Part shown: positions 35,167 through 46,018 of the stretch, piece by piece | Layout of the letters: each line of letters opens with the position of its first letter | Numbering within the stretch: the first letter of the stretch is position 1 | IMG/VR virus record: IMGVR_UViG_3300028806_000015 | Span: 1-50,856 of that record | Length of the DNA: 50,856 nt | From: a virus | Lineage: Duplodnaviria; Caudoviricetes | Direction: 5' to 3' (one strand) | The notes under the pieces: model-generated | What the model was told of the DNA's origin: nothing | Database searches by the model: none | What the model saw: the letters and a program-made list of their open reading frames with translations, nothing else | Made by a program: the position numbers and the translations under genes

Positions 35167-36066
35167 ATGGCAATTAATACTGGCGAAATAGCGAATCTAT
35201 TAAGACCTGGACTCGCTGCCGTTTTTGGGGACTATCCAATGTACCCCGCACAATGGTCTGAATTTTATGAAGTATACGAATCCGATAAGGCTGTTGAAAT
35301 CGAAGTCGAAATGAAGATGTTGGGGCTTGCTCAAATTCGAGCTGAAGGCGCTGCAACTGCTATGGACGATATGGGTCAAAGAATTATCACAAACTATGTG
35401 CATAAGTACTTGGCTCTTGGTTTCATTATCACAAGACAGGCTTTGTTGGATAACCTTTATAAAACAAGGTTTCCACTTCAAGCAAAGGCACTTCGAAATT
35501 CTATGGCTCAAACCAAAGAAGTTCTTGGAGCTGCTGTTTTGAATAATGGATTCAATGGGGCATTCCCGATTGGTGACGGGCAGCCCGTTTTCAGCACTTT
35601 GCACCCAATTGATACTGGAGTTTTGAGCAATACATCTGTAGCTGCTCAATTGAGTGAAACCTCACTCGAGACTGCGATTACACAGACTCAACAATTCCGA
35701 AATCAAGCTGGATTGATCGTTATGACGAAACCTCAGAAATTGATTGTGCCTCCACAACTTCAATTTACTGCTTGTCGTTTGCTTGAATCTTCTTTCAGAA
35801 CTCAAACAGCTGATAACGATATAAGCGCGATCTACAATCTGTCTGCAGTCCCTCAAGGGTATAGAACCAATCAATTTTTGACGAGTCCGACCGCATGGTT
35901 CTTGTTCACTGATGCACCTGACGGTTTCAAGCATTATGTTCGTGAAAAAATCGAAACTGATGTCTATACCGATTTTGCAACAGACAACCTTATGGCGAAA
36001 GCAGTTGAGCGGTATTCCTTCGGTGTCTCTAACCCAAGAGCCGCTTACGGAAACATGGGAGCTTAA
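35167..36066 (+). CDS. Major capsid protein (Mu gpT-like HK97 fold)
   Basis: LLRPGL, YLALGFIIT, DNLY, GDGQPVFSTLHP, PQKLIVPPQL, AWFL, ERYSFG. Confidence 0.92.
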   Translation: MAINTGEIANLLRPGLAAVFGDYPMYPAQWSEFYEVYESDKAVEIEVEMKMLGLAQIRAEGAATAMDDMGQRIITNYVHKYLALGFIITRQALLDNLYKTRFPLQAKALRNSMAQTKEVLGAAVLNNGFNGAFPIGDGQPVFSTLHPIDTGVLSNTSVAAQLSETSLETAITQTQQFRNQAGLIVMTKPQKLIVPPQLQFTACRLLESSFRTQTADNDISAIYNLSAVPQGYRTNQFLTSPTAWFLFTDAPDGFKHYVREKIETDVYTDFATDNLMAKAVERYSFGVSNPRAAYGNMGA

Positions 36067-36069
36067 TAT

Positions 36070-36759
36070 ATGAGACCCGTTATATATAATTGGCCTGCAG
36101 AAAATCCTCAAGCTTTGATGGTAAATCAAACTGTAACTGCACCTGGAAACATTCCTTTAAATGGACCTTATGGGCTTCAGCCATTTCCAGGATTTTCTAG
36201 GACAGTTACGGTTTCATCGAGCACAGGAGCTTTTCCAGGATTCCAATTTACTATAACGGGCTTATATCAAACGCAACCATTAACTGTTGTCTTTCCAAGT
36301 ACTGCTTTAGTTGGAGGTTCATTCGAAACTACAGCTTATTTTGATGTAGTTACCTCTATTTCTATTGTTTCAACAGGGGGAACTTTTCCTCTTCCTCCGA
36401 CTTTTAGTGCTGGGTGGGGAGTAACGGGACATACTCACTACTTTGTATGGAATACATATACTAATCATCCCTCTTCCTCAACTGCAGTTCAAGTTGTTGT
36501 TAATGGAGGAGGAACAATAGCATATGGTTGTTTTGGATCTTTATTTGATCCATCCTTGGTTTATCCGCCTACTTATCTTGATGGTGAGCCACCTACATTG
36601 CCCAATAGTTATCTTGTGAATGCGGTTTCAACAATGGCGTCTGGGACAACTATATCGGCATTTGGATATGCCAGCCTTTTGAATTATATAGCTATTTTTG
36701 TTGAGGCAGGCCAACCCGGAACGAACTTTACAGCAATATTTTGTCAGCAAGGAATTTAA
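36070..36759 (+). CDS. Virion structural protein
   Basis: Beta-rich 229 aa directly after the capsid gene. Confidence 0.65.
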   Translation: MRPVIYNWPAENPQALMVNQTVTAPGNIPLNGPYGLQPFPGFSRTVTVSSSTGAFPGFQFTITGLYQTQPLTVVFPSTALVGGSFETTAYFDVVTSISIVSTGGTFPLPPTFSAGWGVTGHTHYFVWNTYTNHPSSSTAVQVVVNGGGTIAYGCFGSLFDPSLVYPPTYLDGEPPTLPNSYLVNAVSTMASGTTISAFGYASLLNYIAIFVEAGQPGTNFTAIFCQQGI

Positions 36760-36761
36760 TA

Positions 36762-36953
36762 ATGAGTAGAGCAAAGAAAATGTGGATTCAAGGTGCGATT
36801 AAAAGCCCAGGAGCGCTTCACAAGCAATTGCATGTGCCAGCTGGCCAAAAAATCCCTGAGGGAAAGCTAGAGAAGGCAGAGAATTCTAAAAATCCTCTTT
36901 TGAGAAAGAGAGCAAATCTCGCTGAAACTTTAAAGGGGTTCCACAAGGGGTAG
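36762..36953 (+). CDS. Small basic phage protein
   Basis: WIQGAIKSPGALHKQLHVP...RANLAETLK. Confidence 0.7.
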   Translation: MSRAKKMWIQGAIKSPGALHKQLHVPAGQKIPEGKLEKAENSKNPLLRKRANLAETLKGFHKG

Positions 36954-36991
36954 TCACTTATTGACTTATTTGTTTGGGAAATTATTAAATA

Positions 36992-38158
36992 ATGCCAACT
37001 GCTTCGAATTCTTATAATTTTGAAAATACAATTGTTCAGCAATTCATTGATGATGCATTTGAAAGAATTGGCATTCTTCCTGATTTAATTACGGCCGAAC
37101 AGATTCAATCAGCTCAAAGAAGCGCGAATCTTCTTTTGTCTGAATGGATCAATAAGGGATTAAACCTATGGAGCACTAATATTGAGATGATCAATATGGT
37201 GCAAAATAAGGCTGTTTACGAGCTTCCTATCCCAACTAGTAAGGTTTTAGATGTTTGCAGAAGAACTAGCACGCGTCAATTGAATGGGACGGCTTCTTCC
37301 TATATTCCACCTTCAACAACTCCTAATGGAATCGCTAAAAATGCATTTGATGGGGATCCTACAACTTCTTGTATGCAAACGTTGCCTAATGGAGCTATTC
37401 AATATGATTATGGTCAAAATCCAACAACTCCTCCGACGCCTATTCAGATATGTTTGTCTTTAGTTGGTGTACAATCAAATGAAGACGCCAATTACAAGTT
37501 AGAGTTTGAAACTTCAAATGATGGAACAAATTGGAATTCTGCCCAAGCTCTTTCCGTACCTTATTCTTATCCTCCTAATAATTCTCCTGCTTTCCCTAAG
37601 GGGCAAATAATTTGGTTTAAGTTGTTTAATACAACGGGATATAGATATTTTAGGATTGTTGAGACTGATGGATCAACATTAGATATACAAGAACTTTATT
37701 TTAATAATAATCTTCAAGATATTATCTTAGGTGAAATATCAAGATCTGAATATTTAGCTTATCCTCAAAAAGATCAAACAGGGATTCCAACTACTTATTG
37801 GTTTGATCGTCAAATCAATCCTTTGATTCATTTGTGGCCTGTTCCTTATCAATATTATAATGCGGTTGCTTCTCCTTTGAATGCAACTCCTCAAAATTTG
37901 ACTCTTCTTTTTACAAGAGTTCGAATGTTGGAAGATATTGGTTCCTTCTTGAATCTAGCTGAGGTTCCTCAAAGATTTTATGAACCTTTGGTGGCGGGAA
38001 TCGCGTTCAAGATTGCCGTTAAATATGCGCCAGACAGAATACAAACATTGAAAGCTCTTTATGACGAGGCTTTTGCATTGGCAGCCTCTGAAGACAGTGA
38101 ACGTGTTCCTCTGCGCATTGATGGAAGCTACTTAAGAGAATGGGTGGGGATTAACTAA
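36992..38158 (+). CDS. Head-tail adaptor-like protein with inserted F5/8-type-C (discoidin-like) domain
   Basis: AFERIG...SANLLLSEWINKGLNLW; insert NAFDGDPTT...SNDGTNW...YRYFRI...IQEL; VPQRFYEPLVAG. Confidence 0.7.
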   Translation: MPTASNSYNFENTIVQQFIDDAFERIGILPDLITAEQIQSAQRSANLLLSEWINKGLNLWSTNIEMINMVQNKAVYELPIPTSKVLDVCRRTSTRQLNGTASSYIPPSTTPNGIAKNAFDGDPTTSCMQTLPNGAIQYDYGQNPTTPPTPIQICLSLVGVQSNEDANYKLEFETSNDGTNWNSAQALSVPYSYPPNNSPAFPKGQIIWFKLFNTTGYRYFRIVETDGSTLDIQELYFNNNLQDIILGEISRSEYLAYPQKDQTGIPTTYWFDRQINPLIHLWPVPYQYYNAVASPLNATPQNLTLLFTRVRMLEDIGSFLNLAEVPQRFYEPLVAGIAFKIAVKYAPDRIQTLKALYDEAFALAASEDSERVPLRIDGSYLREWVGIN

Positions 38159-38565
38159 TGTCTTATCGTCCTAAAGGTAAAAATGTTTTCATTAATCCGG
38201 AAGATCCGGTCGGTGTTGCTCTTTGTGACAATTCTGATTTTGTTTATCAACATCAACAGCTCAATAAGCAGCTTGAATGGCGTGGGAATGCTCTTATTTG
38301 GACTGGTTTTTTAGCAGCTGGAGATCATTTGGATGTTCCTAATGAACAATTGAGACCTCCTCTCTTAAAGCCAGATCCGGTCCCTTTAACTAATCCACGC
38401 TTCCCTCAAGAAATAACGACGAATTTGGTTAATTGGGCGATTGATTATCCCCCTTATTCAAAGGTAACCACGACGTCAAATTTTTATGTAGTTCCACCGC
38501 CTGCTCTTCCAGAAAACGTACGACTGACGCTTCTGCAAAATGCTCAATGGCAAACTCAACCTTAA
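38158..38565 (+). CDS. Phage hypothetical protein
   Basis: ALCDNSDF...QLEWRG...DVPNEQLRP; coupled to the adaptor gene. Confidence 0.7.
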   Translation: MSYRPKGKNVFINPEDPVGVALCDNSDFVYQHQQLNKQLEWRGNALIWTGFLAAGDHLDVPNEQLRPPLLKPDPVPLTNPRFPQEITTNLVNWAIDYPPYSKVTTTSNFYVVPPPALPENVRLTLLQNAQWQTQP

Positions 38566-38577
38566 AGGAGATAATAA

Positions 38578-40335
38578 ATGGCAATCACCACTCTACCGAC
38601 TGCTCAGCACCCAACTCATTTAGATAGGCTTGCCGTAGGTCCTTATGGAACGCCCGATGTTCCTAATACTATTTTGCAGCTGACATCAGATGATTCTGCC
38701 TTTCTGTTGCCGAATTTGACTACAGCGCAAGCAACAGCTGCGTTTTTGAATCTTGTATCTGATCCAACAGGTGCAACTACGCAAAATGCTGCTGCTGGTA
38801 TGGAAATATTTGTGACAGATGGAACTGGTGGATCGGGTGGATCCAATTTGTTCAATCATGGGCAGGGAGTCTATTACTGTTCTCAAACATCAGCAGGCCC
38901 TCCTCCTGTATTTACATGGACAAAGTTTGGAACTGGTGGTGTAGGATCTCTTCCAGGGCCTGGCGTCATCGTAACTGATGGTGCTGGAAACCCAAGCGCT
39001 ATTTCAATGTTGGTTACACCTGGAACAAATAATATCGGACTGGGTGTGGGATCTTTATCAGCGGTTACAACAGGAAGTAATAACGTTGGTTTTGGTTTTA
39101 ATGCATTACATACCATTACAACTCAATCGGCTAATATCGCAATCGGTGTTCTTGCTCAGCAAAATGCCACAGGTCAAGGAAACGTTGGAATTGGAGGAGG
39201 AACGCTTCTAGCTGTTAGTGGATCAAGCAATGTTTCCTTAGGAAATAGTTGTTTAACTCAAACCACTCTTGGAAGCTTTAATACAGCAGTTGGATTTCAG
39301 GCATTAAATGCTAACATCGGAATGGCTTTGCCAAGTGCTGTTGGATGGAACAATACAGCTATTGGGTCTAATGCAGGTTTAACGCAAAGTACTAACTCTA
39401 ATTGTACTTTTGTTGGATCTGGCTCAGATGCGATTTCACCAAACTTAACAAATGCAACCGCCATTGGTGCTTCTGCTACTGTTTCTACTTCTAATACACT
39501 GGTTTTGGGAAGTACAGGAGGAACAGGAACCAATGTTGTTGTTGGAAACACAACTAATGACTTTGCGAATCTAGCTATATTTTCTATCTTTTCTACAGTT
39601 AAGGGTTTCTTGCCCCCTCAGATGAGTCAGATGAATCGTACAACTATTAGCGCAATTCCAGGTAATGTGCCTGATGGTTTGCTTGTTTATGATATAACCA
39701 ATCATGCTCCTTATTATTGGAACGCAAATACGCTTGCTTGGGTTCCATGGGGAACTGGTGGAGGCTCTGGAACCGTGACGTCGGTTGGGACAGGAACCGG
39801 CTTGACAGGTGGTCCTATTACCACTAGTGGAACCATCTCTCTAGCTAATACAGCTGTTACTCCTGGCACCTATACTCTTGCCACTGTCACTGTAAACGCT
39901 CAGGGACAGATTACCTCGGCAAGTAATGGATCTGCTGGTTCTGGAACAGTAACCAGTGTTGGAAGTGGAACAGGATTGTCAGGAGGACCTATTACCTCTA
40001 GCGGAACGCTTTCAATTGCTAATACAACTGTAACGGCTGGAAGTTATACGAATGCCAATATCACGGTAAATGCTCAAGGTCAGCTTACAGCGGCAAGCAA
40101 TGGAAGTGGTGGAACAACTCCGACAACTGGTTCAGGAACCCTAACTGCTGGAACATTAACTGTTTCAGCAACTCAAGTAACTGCAAGTTCTAAGATATTT
40201 ACGACAAACACAACATTCGGAACAGGCGTTGTTGGCATTTTGAGTATTTCATCTCAAACTCCAGGAACAGGATTCGTTGTTACTTCGTCTTCTTCTACTG
40301 ATAATAGTTCTTTTGCATGGGTAATAATTGGTTAA
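38578..40335 (+). CDS. Tail fibre/spike protein 1
   Basis: YadA-like NxAxG beta-roll repeats; GTVTSVGTGTGLTGGPITTSGTISLANT..VNAQGQIT modules; KGFLPP..GLLVYD. Confidence 0.8.
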   Translation: MAITTLPTAQHPTHLDRLAVGPYGTPDVPNTILQLTSDDSAFLLPNLTTAQATAAFLNLVSDPTGATTQNAAAGMEIFVTDGTGGSGGSNLFNHGQGVYYCSQTSAGPPPVFTWTKFGTGGVGSLPGPGVIVTDGAGNPSAISMLVTPGTNNIGLGVGSLSAVTTGSNNVGFGFNALHTITTQSANIAIGVLAQQNATGQGNVGIGGGTLLAVSGSSNVSLGNSCLTQTTLGSFNTAVGFQALNANIGMALPSAVGWNNTAIGSNAGLTQSTNSNCTFVGSGSDAISPNLTNATAIGASATVSTSNTLVLGSTGGTGTNVVVGNTTNDFANLAIFSIFSTVKGFLPPQMSQMNRTTISAIPGNVPDGLLVYDITNHAPYYWNANTLAWVPWGTGGGSGTVTSVGTGTGLTGGPITTSGTISLANTAVTPGTYTLATVTVNAQGQITSASNGSAGSGTVTSVGSGTGLSGGPITSSGTLSIANTTVTAGSYTNANITVNAQGQLTAASNGSGGTTPTTGSGTLTAGTLTVSATQVTASSKIFTTNTTFGTGVVGILSISSQTPGTGFVVTSSSSTDNSSFAWVIIG

Positions 40336-40347
40336 AGGAAATAAATA

Positions 40348-41049
40348 ATGTCTGCATATTTAGTCACACAGTTAACTGCCACTCAAATCGCAGCGCTGAC
40401 TCCAACAAATGGAATGGTTATTTATAATACCACGACGAATCAATTCCAGTTCTATCAGAATGGAAGCTTTTTAATAGTTACGGGTGGAATTGTAACCTCA
40501 GTTGCAAGCGGAACTGGTTTGACGGGAGGACCTATTACTTCCAGTGGAACGCTTTCGATAGCCAATACAGCAGTAACACCAGGGAGTTACACCTATACGT
40601 CTTTAACGGTAAATGCGCAGGGCCAGATCACCGCTGCGAGCAATGGAACAGGACCAACTGGAACCGTGACGTCGGTTGCGACAGGAACGGGGCTTACTGG
40701 TGGTCCGATCACTACGAGTGGCACTATTTCTTTAGCAAACACAACAGTGACGCCTGGGACCTATAATCTTGCAACCGTGACAGTGAATGCTCAGGGGCAA
40801 GTGACTGCTGCCAGTAATGGCACTGCTTCAGGATTAACTTATGGTGTTGCAGGACCTTTAGTTGCTGGAACTCTGACGGTTAATACAGCAGATGTTCAAA
40901 CAACTTCATCATATTCAGTTACTTATCAAACTTTTGGAGGCATTCCGGGAGCTTTGAGTGTGAGTTCGTTCGTTGCGGGAACAAGTTTTACTGTTACTTC
41001 AACTTCAAATGCCGATACGAGTACGTTTTATTGGTCAGTTATTAATTAA
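40348..41049 (+). CDS. Tail fibre protein 2
   Basis: Same repeat modules as neighbouring fibre genes. Confidence 0.78.
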   Translation: MSAYLVTQLTATQIAALTPTNGMVIYNTTTNQFQFYQNGSFLIVTGGIVTSVASGTGLTGGPITSSGTLSIANTAVTPGSYTYTSLTVNAQGQITAASNGTGPTGTVTSVATGTGLTGGPITTSGTISLANTTVTPGTYNLATVTVNAQGQVTAASNGTASGLTYGVAGPLVAGTLTVNTADVQTTSSYSVTYQTFGGIPGALSVSSFVAGTSFTVTSTSNADTSTFYWSVIN

Positions 41050-41060
41050 GAGGAACTTGA

Positions 41061-42347
41061 ATGTCGTCATATCAAGTAACACGGTTAACAAGTTCTCAGA
41101 TCAGTGGTTACACACCGACTAATGGTCAAATTGTGTACAATACAACGACTAATCAGTTTCAATTCTATCAAAATGGCTCGTGGGACATTATTACTGGTGG
41201 ATTTGTTACATCTGTTGCAACGGGGACTGGCTTGACGGGTGGACCTATAACGTCTACAGGAACAATCTCTATCGCAAATACTGCCGTTTCTGCTGGTTCT
41301 TATAATGTTTCCAATATCACGGTGAACGCACAAGGCCAGATTACGGCAGCAACAGGTTTATCAAGTGCTGGTGTGGTTGTAACGAATGGTTCTGGCGTTC
41401 CTAGTGCTGTTTCAAATTTGATAGATACAGGATCGGGGGGAAATCTTGGTCTTGGATTATTGATTTATCCATCAATTACAACAGGAACCAATAATATAGC
41501 GATAGGGTATCAATCGCAGAATGCAGTGACGACTGGAATTGCTAATACGTCTGTTGGATATCAAAGTTTAGTATTAAATGCGGCAGGGCAAGAAAATTGT
41601 GCTTTTGGAGCCGGAGCTTTAAAAAGCTTAAATGCTGCTGGAAGCAACAACAATGTAGCGGTTGGTTGGGAATCTGGATTTGCGATTACAACTACGAATA
41701 GCGCCAATAACACTTTTGTTGGGTCTCAATCTGGGGGGGCCAGAACATCCTATTCTAGCTGTACGTTAATCGGAGCTCTTGCGGATTGTACTTCTAATGG
41801 TTTGAATCATTCTGTTGCAATTGGCTCAGGTGTAACGGTTGGCGCCTCTAATTCGTGTGTAATTGGTCAGGCAAATTCTACAGGTTTTGTAACGGTTGGA
41901 CTTAATATTGTAACTCCTGTAGGGAATGGTCTTCACATAGGAAATGCGGGTGGGGCTAAAAATCCTGCCTTAGTTATTGATACGTCAACAAGTGCTCTCA
42001 CAACACCTGCAACAACCAATCAAATTCAGATTAATAGTTTCAATGGCACGCCCGCTTTAGCGGCCAACGTGAGTCAATATAGCGGAACTGTTGTTACGGC
42101 TCAGAATACGACTTCTGCTTCAGCAACATGCGGAACCGCTACTTTAAATGGGGCGACTGCTGTCGTTATCTCGACGACTTCTGTTCAAACCACTTCTTTA
42201 ATATTCGTTACTCGAAATGCTGGAACTGGAGCCCCGAATTCAGGGACTGCCGTTGGTGTTGGCAGCATTGTGGCGGGTACAAGTTTTTCTATAGTTTCTA
42301 GCATGTTAGACACAGCAACAGTTAATTGGTTAATTATAAACCCATAA
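41061..42347 (+). CDS. Tail fibre protein 3
   Basis: Shared N-terminal TxLT..YNTTTNQFQFYQ domain and NxAxG repeats. Confidence 0.78.
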   Translation: MSSYQVTRLTSSQISGYTPTNGQIVYNTTTNQFQFYQNGSWDIITGGFVTSVATGTGLTGGPITSTGTISIANTAVSAGSYNVSNITVNAQGQITAATGLSSAGVVVTNGSGVPSAVSNLIDTGSGGNLGLGLLIYPSITTGTNNIAIGYQSQNAVTTGIANTSVGYQSLVLNAAGQENCAFGAGALKSLNAAGSNNNVAVGWESGFAITTTNSANNTFVGSQSGGARTSYSSCTLIGALADCTSNGLNHSVAIGSGVTVGASNSCVIGQANSTGFVTVGLNIVTPVGNGLHIGNAGGAKNPALVIDTSTSALTTPATTNQIQINSFNGTPALAANVSQYSGTVVTAQNTTSASATCGTATLNGATAVVISTTSVQTTSLIFVTRNAGTGAPNSGTAVGVGSIVAGTSFSIVSSMLDTATVNWLIINP

Positions 42348-42366
42348 GTACTAAGGAGTATTTAGA

Positions 42367-43800
42367 ATGTCATCTACTTTAACAACTCAGCTAACCTCTA
42401 CACAGATTTCTGCTATTACTCCTGTTAATGGAAGTATTATTTATAATACAACTTCTGGACAGTTTCAGCTCTATCAAGCAGGAAGTCCTCTTATTGTGAC
42501 TAATGGGATTGTATCGCAAATATTGACAGGGGCTGGCCTTAGTGGAGGCCCGATTACCTCTGCCGGGACCATTTCCTTAGCTAATACAGCAGTGACCCCA
42601 GGAAGTTATACTTTAGCTAATCTAACTGTTAACCCACAAGGTCAGATTACGGCAGCCAGCAATGGAAGTGCTGTTACAAGTGTCACGGCTGGAACCGGTT
42701 TGAATGTAGGAGCAGGACCCGGTGGAACAATTACGACCTCTGGCACGATTTCTCTAGCGAATACAGCCGTGACCGCTGGCAGCTACACTAACGCCAATAT
42801 TACGGTTAATGCACAGGGCCAGATCACAGTTGCTTCTAATGGTTCTTCTAGTGGTGGTGTTACAAGTGTCACGGCTGGAACTGGTTTGAATGTAGGAGCA
42901 GGGCCCGGCGGAACAATTACGACCTCTGGCACGATTTCTATGGCCAATACAGCTGTAACTGCGGGGTCTTATACGTCTGCCAACATTACAGTAAATGCTC
43001 AAGGTCAAGTTACCGCTGCGAGCAATGGAACTGCTATTGTCCTGCCAGGCCCCGGTGTCATTGTGACCAATTCTGGAGGTACTCCCAGTGCTGTTAACGT
43101 GAATTTAACTGATGTCAATGGTTCCTTAGCATTAGGAAATAATGCAGGAAATCCAGGTGGGGGCGCTTCATTTAATACCTTTATAGGAGATTCTGTTGGA
43201 ATTTCAGCGACCGGAAATCAAAATACTGGACTTGGATTTCAAGCTTTACATTCCTTAACTTCAGGAACTAATAACGTTGCAGGTGGTTATCAGTGTTTAA
43301 GTACAATTACTACTAACACAGGTAATACTGGATTTGGAGCGTTGGCTTTAACAGCTCTTCAGGGGGGATCTAACAATAATAATACGGCTTTTGGTTTGAA
43401 TGCTTTAAGTACTCTTCAAACAGGAAGTGGAAACATAGGGTTTGGTGTTAATGCAAGCGTAGGTACCACTGCAACCAATTGTATAGCCATTGGTTCTAAT
43501 GCTTCTGTTTCAAGTGGCCTGACAAATGCATCTGCAATTGGGACAAGTGCATCAGTTACTACCAGTAATACGATGGTTTTAGGGGCCATTCCGACATATG
43601 TTGTGATCGGTGCAACTACCAATGATGCTAATAATACGGCTGTTTTGTCAGTCTTTTCAACGACGCAAGGATTTTTGCCTCCCTCGATGACAACCACCCA
43701 GAAGAATGCGATAGCATCCCCTGTGGCTGGATTAATGGTTTATGACAATACTTTAAATGCTATCAGTTATTTCAATGGTACAAGTTGGATATCAGTGTAA
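42367..43800 (+). CDS. Tail fibre protein 4
   Basis: Shared modules, internal duplication, QGFLPPSMTTTQKNAI C-terminus. Confidence 0.78.
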   Translation: MSSTLTTQLTSTQISAITPVNGSIIYNTTSGQFQLYQAGSPLIVTNGIVSQILTGAGLSGGPITSAGTISLANTAVTPGSYTLANLTVNPQGQITAASNGSAVTSVTAGTGLNVGAGPGGTITTSGTISLANTAVTAGSYTNANITVNAQGQITVASNGSSSGGVTSVTAGTGLNVGAGPGGTITTSGTISMANTAVTAGSYTSANITVNAQGQVTAASNGTAIVLPGPGVIVTNSGGTPSAVNVNLTDVNGSLALGNNAGNPGGGASFNTFIGDSVGISATGNQNTGLGFQALHSLTSGTNNVAGGYQCLSTITTNTGNTGFGALALTALQGGSNNNNTAFGLNALSTLQTGSGNIGFGVNASVGTTATNCIAIGSNASVSSGLTNASAIGTSASVTTSNTMVLGAIPTYVVIGATTNDANNTAVLSVFSTTQGFLPPSMTTTQKNAIASPVAGLMVYDNTLNAISYFNGTSWISV

Positions 43801-43855
43801 TGAATATTTATTATTTAAGTAATAATACATCTTTTTATTAAATGGAGTTATTCTA

Positions 43856-45292
43856 ATGTCCTCTTCCTTAACCACACAATTGACATCTACACAGATTTCA
43901 GCTTTAAGTGCTTCTGATGGATTGATTGTTTATAATTCGACGACGAATCAATTCCAATTTAGGCAGCAGGGAAGTTGGCTGACAATAACTAATGGGATTG
44001 TATCGCAAATATTGACAGGGGCTGGCCTTAGTGGAGGCCCGATTACCTCTGCCGGGACCATTTCCTTAGCTAATACAGCAGTAACACCAGGGAGTTACAC
44101 CTATACGTCTTTAACGGTGAATGCGCAGGGCCAGATCACCAGTGCTTCTAATGGATCTTTTTCTAATGTGACCAATATCGCAACAGGAACCGGTTTGATA
44201 GGTGGTCCTATTACATCTACAGGCGCTATTTCTCTTGCAAATACAGCAGTAACACCAGGAAGCTATACATCTGTAAGCTTGACGGTAGATTCTCAAGGAC
44301 GCGTTGCTGCTGCTAGTAATGGAAGTGGGGGGGGAGTTACTGAAGTTTTTACGGGGACTAACTTAAGTGGTGGTCCAATCACTTCAACGGGTACTATTTT
44401 TATTTCTCCTAGTGGCGTAACTGCGGGCACTTATGCGGTTGCGGATATTACAGTAAATGCCCAAGGACTCATTACAGCTATTTCTCGAAATTTGCCTGGG
44501 CCGGGCGTTATTACAACAAATTCTGTTGGCACTTCAAGTGCTGTTTCCAATTTGGCTTACGGCTCAAGTTCAGCTCTTTTTCTAGGTCTTAACGCCGGTA
44601 CGAATGGAAGCAGTTTAACTGATATGATTGCTATTGGAGATAATGCGTTAACAGATGATGGTGGTGCATCCGCTGGCGTGATTTTTGGGTACAATTCTTC
44701 ACATACTAGTAATCAATCAGGTATTGTTGGTTCCAATTATTCTATGTTTGGAGACAACAATTTGCCCCTGTGTCCATGCAGCTTTGGTTGTACTACATTA
44801 GGTTCAAATATTCTTCCTAATTTTACTGGACCTTCTCTAGCAGATCAGTTTGTTGTTCTTGGCCACAATGCTATGCTTAGTACAACTACTAATGGTACCA
44901 ACTCTCTATTTCATGCTATTGGTACAAACATAACCATAAATACTGCAGGTAGTAATACCTTGTATCCAACTTTAATTGGAACTCAAGCATCTTGTTCAGC
45001 TAACATTACTAATGCTTATGCTATTGGCGCATTTGCATCAGTTACTGTGGGCAATAGAATAGTTCTAGGTGGCACTGGCGCCAATGCAATCTCTGTTGTA
45101 ATTGGTGCTACAGCAAGCACACCTTCTGCTGTTTTGTCTATTGCATCTACCACACAGGGCTTTTTACCTCCTTCCATGACAACCACCCAGAAGAATGCCA
45201 TCAGCAGTCCAGCTCCTGGGTTGATTGTTTATGACAACACTCTAAATAAGCCCTATTTTTACAACGGAAGTTCTTGGGTTCAGTTTACATAA
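43856..45292 (+). CDS. Tail fibre protein 5
   Basis: Shared modules; DNA segments identical to fibre genes 2 and 4. Confidence 0.78.
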   Translation: MSSSLTTQLTSTQISALSASDGLIVYNSTTNQFQFRQQGSWLTITNGIVSQILTGAGLSGGPITSAGTISLANTAVTPGSYTYTSLTVNAQGQITSASNGSFSNVTNIATGTGLIGGPITSTGAISLANTAVTPGSYTSVSLTVDSQGRVAAASNGSGGGVTEVFTGTNLSGGPITSTGTIFISPSGVTAGTYAVADITVNAQGLITAISRNLPGPGVITTNSVGTSSAVSNLAYGSSSALFLGLNAGTNGSSLTDMIAIGDNALTDDGGASAGVIFGYNSSHTSNQSGIVGSNYSMFGDNNLPLCPCSFGCTTLGSNILPNFTGPSLADQFVVLGHNAMLSTTTNGTNSLFHAIGTNITINTAGSNTLYPTLIGTQASCSANITNAYAIGAFASVTVGNRIVLGGTGANAISVVIGATASTPSAVLSIASTTQGFLPPSMTTTQKNAISSPAPGLIVYDNTLNKPYFYNGSSWVQFT

Positions 45293-45316
45293 TATTTTTT
45301 TTTTGGGATTATTTTA

Positions 45317-46006
45317 ATGTCTTCTTTAACAACGCAATTAACAGATACTCAGATTTCAGCGTTAGCGCCAACTGATGGAACAATTGTTTATGACACAACG
45401 AATGGCCAATATCAATTGAGACAAAACAACGCATGGGTTGCATTAATTTCTGCTCCTACTGCAAATTTCTTTTTTGGCTCTAACGGTTTACCCGTTACAG
45501 CAATCGGAGAATTTAATTGTGGATTCGGCCTTAATGTTATGACGGGAAATGGGTTTGGAGGTAATGGAAATACTGGAATTGGTTATAATGCCCTACAGGA
45601 AAATTTAAATTCTTACAATACATCTGTAGGTTACACAGCTGGAAGTCTTAGGGTTTCTTATCTTGGATGCACCTTTTTAGGAGCAAACGCAGATTCAACT
45701 GCTAGTGGGCTTAGTTACTCGTCTGCCATTGGATATAATGCATCATTTTCTAAAAACAACATAATGGCTCTTGGGGCTCCAAATGGTTTTACAGGAACCG
45801 TATCAGTTGTGATCGGTGCAACTACCAATGATGCTAATAATACTGCTCAATTAGCAATGTATTCAACAACGCAAGGATTACTTCCGCCCGTTATGACGCA
45901 AGCACAGCGTCTGGCTATAACAAGTCCCGCCGAAGGATTAATGGTTTACGATACAACCAATCATTCTCCTTATTTTTTCAATGGAACCGCTTGGGTTGCT
46001 TTTTAG
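45317..46006 (+). CDS. Tail fibre protein 6 (short)
   Basis: Shared N- and C-terminal domains around short NxGxG repeats. Confidence 0.75.
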   Translation: MSSLTTQLTDTQISALAPTDGTIVYDTTNGQYQLRQNNAWVALISAPTANFFFGSNGLPVTAIGEFNCGFGLNVMTGNGFGGNGNTGIGYNALQENLNSYNTSVGYTAGSLRVSYLGCTFLGANADSTASGLSYSSAIGYNASFSKNNIMALGAPNGFTGTVSVVIGATTNDANNTAQLAMYSTTQGLLPPVMTQAQRLAITSPAEGLMVYDTTNHSPYFFNGTAWVAF

Positions 46007-46018
46007 GTATTATGTATA

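Noticed and set aside
38578-46006. Diversity-generating retroelement or invertible fibre cassette
   Set aside because: No reverse transcriptase or invertase; repeats are not adenine-specific variants and all genes share one strand
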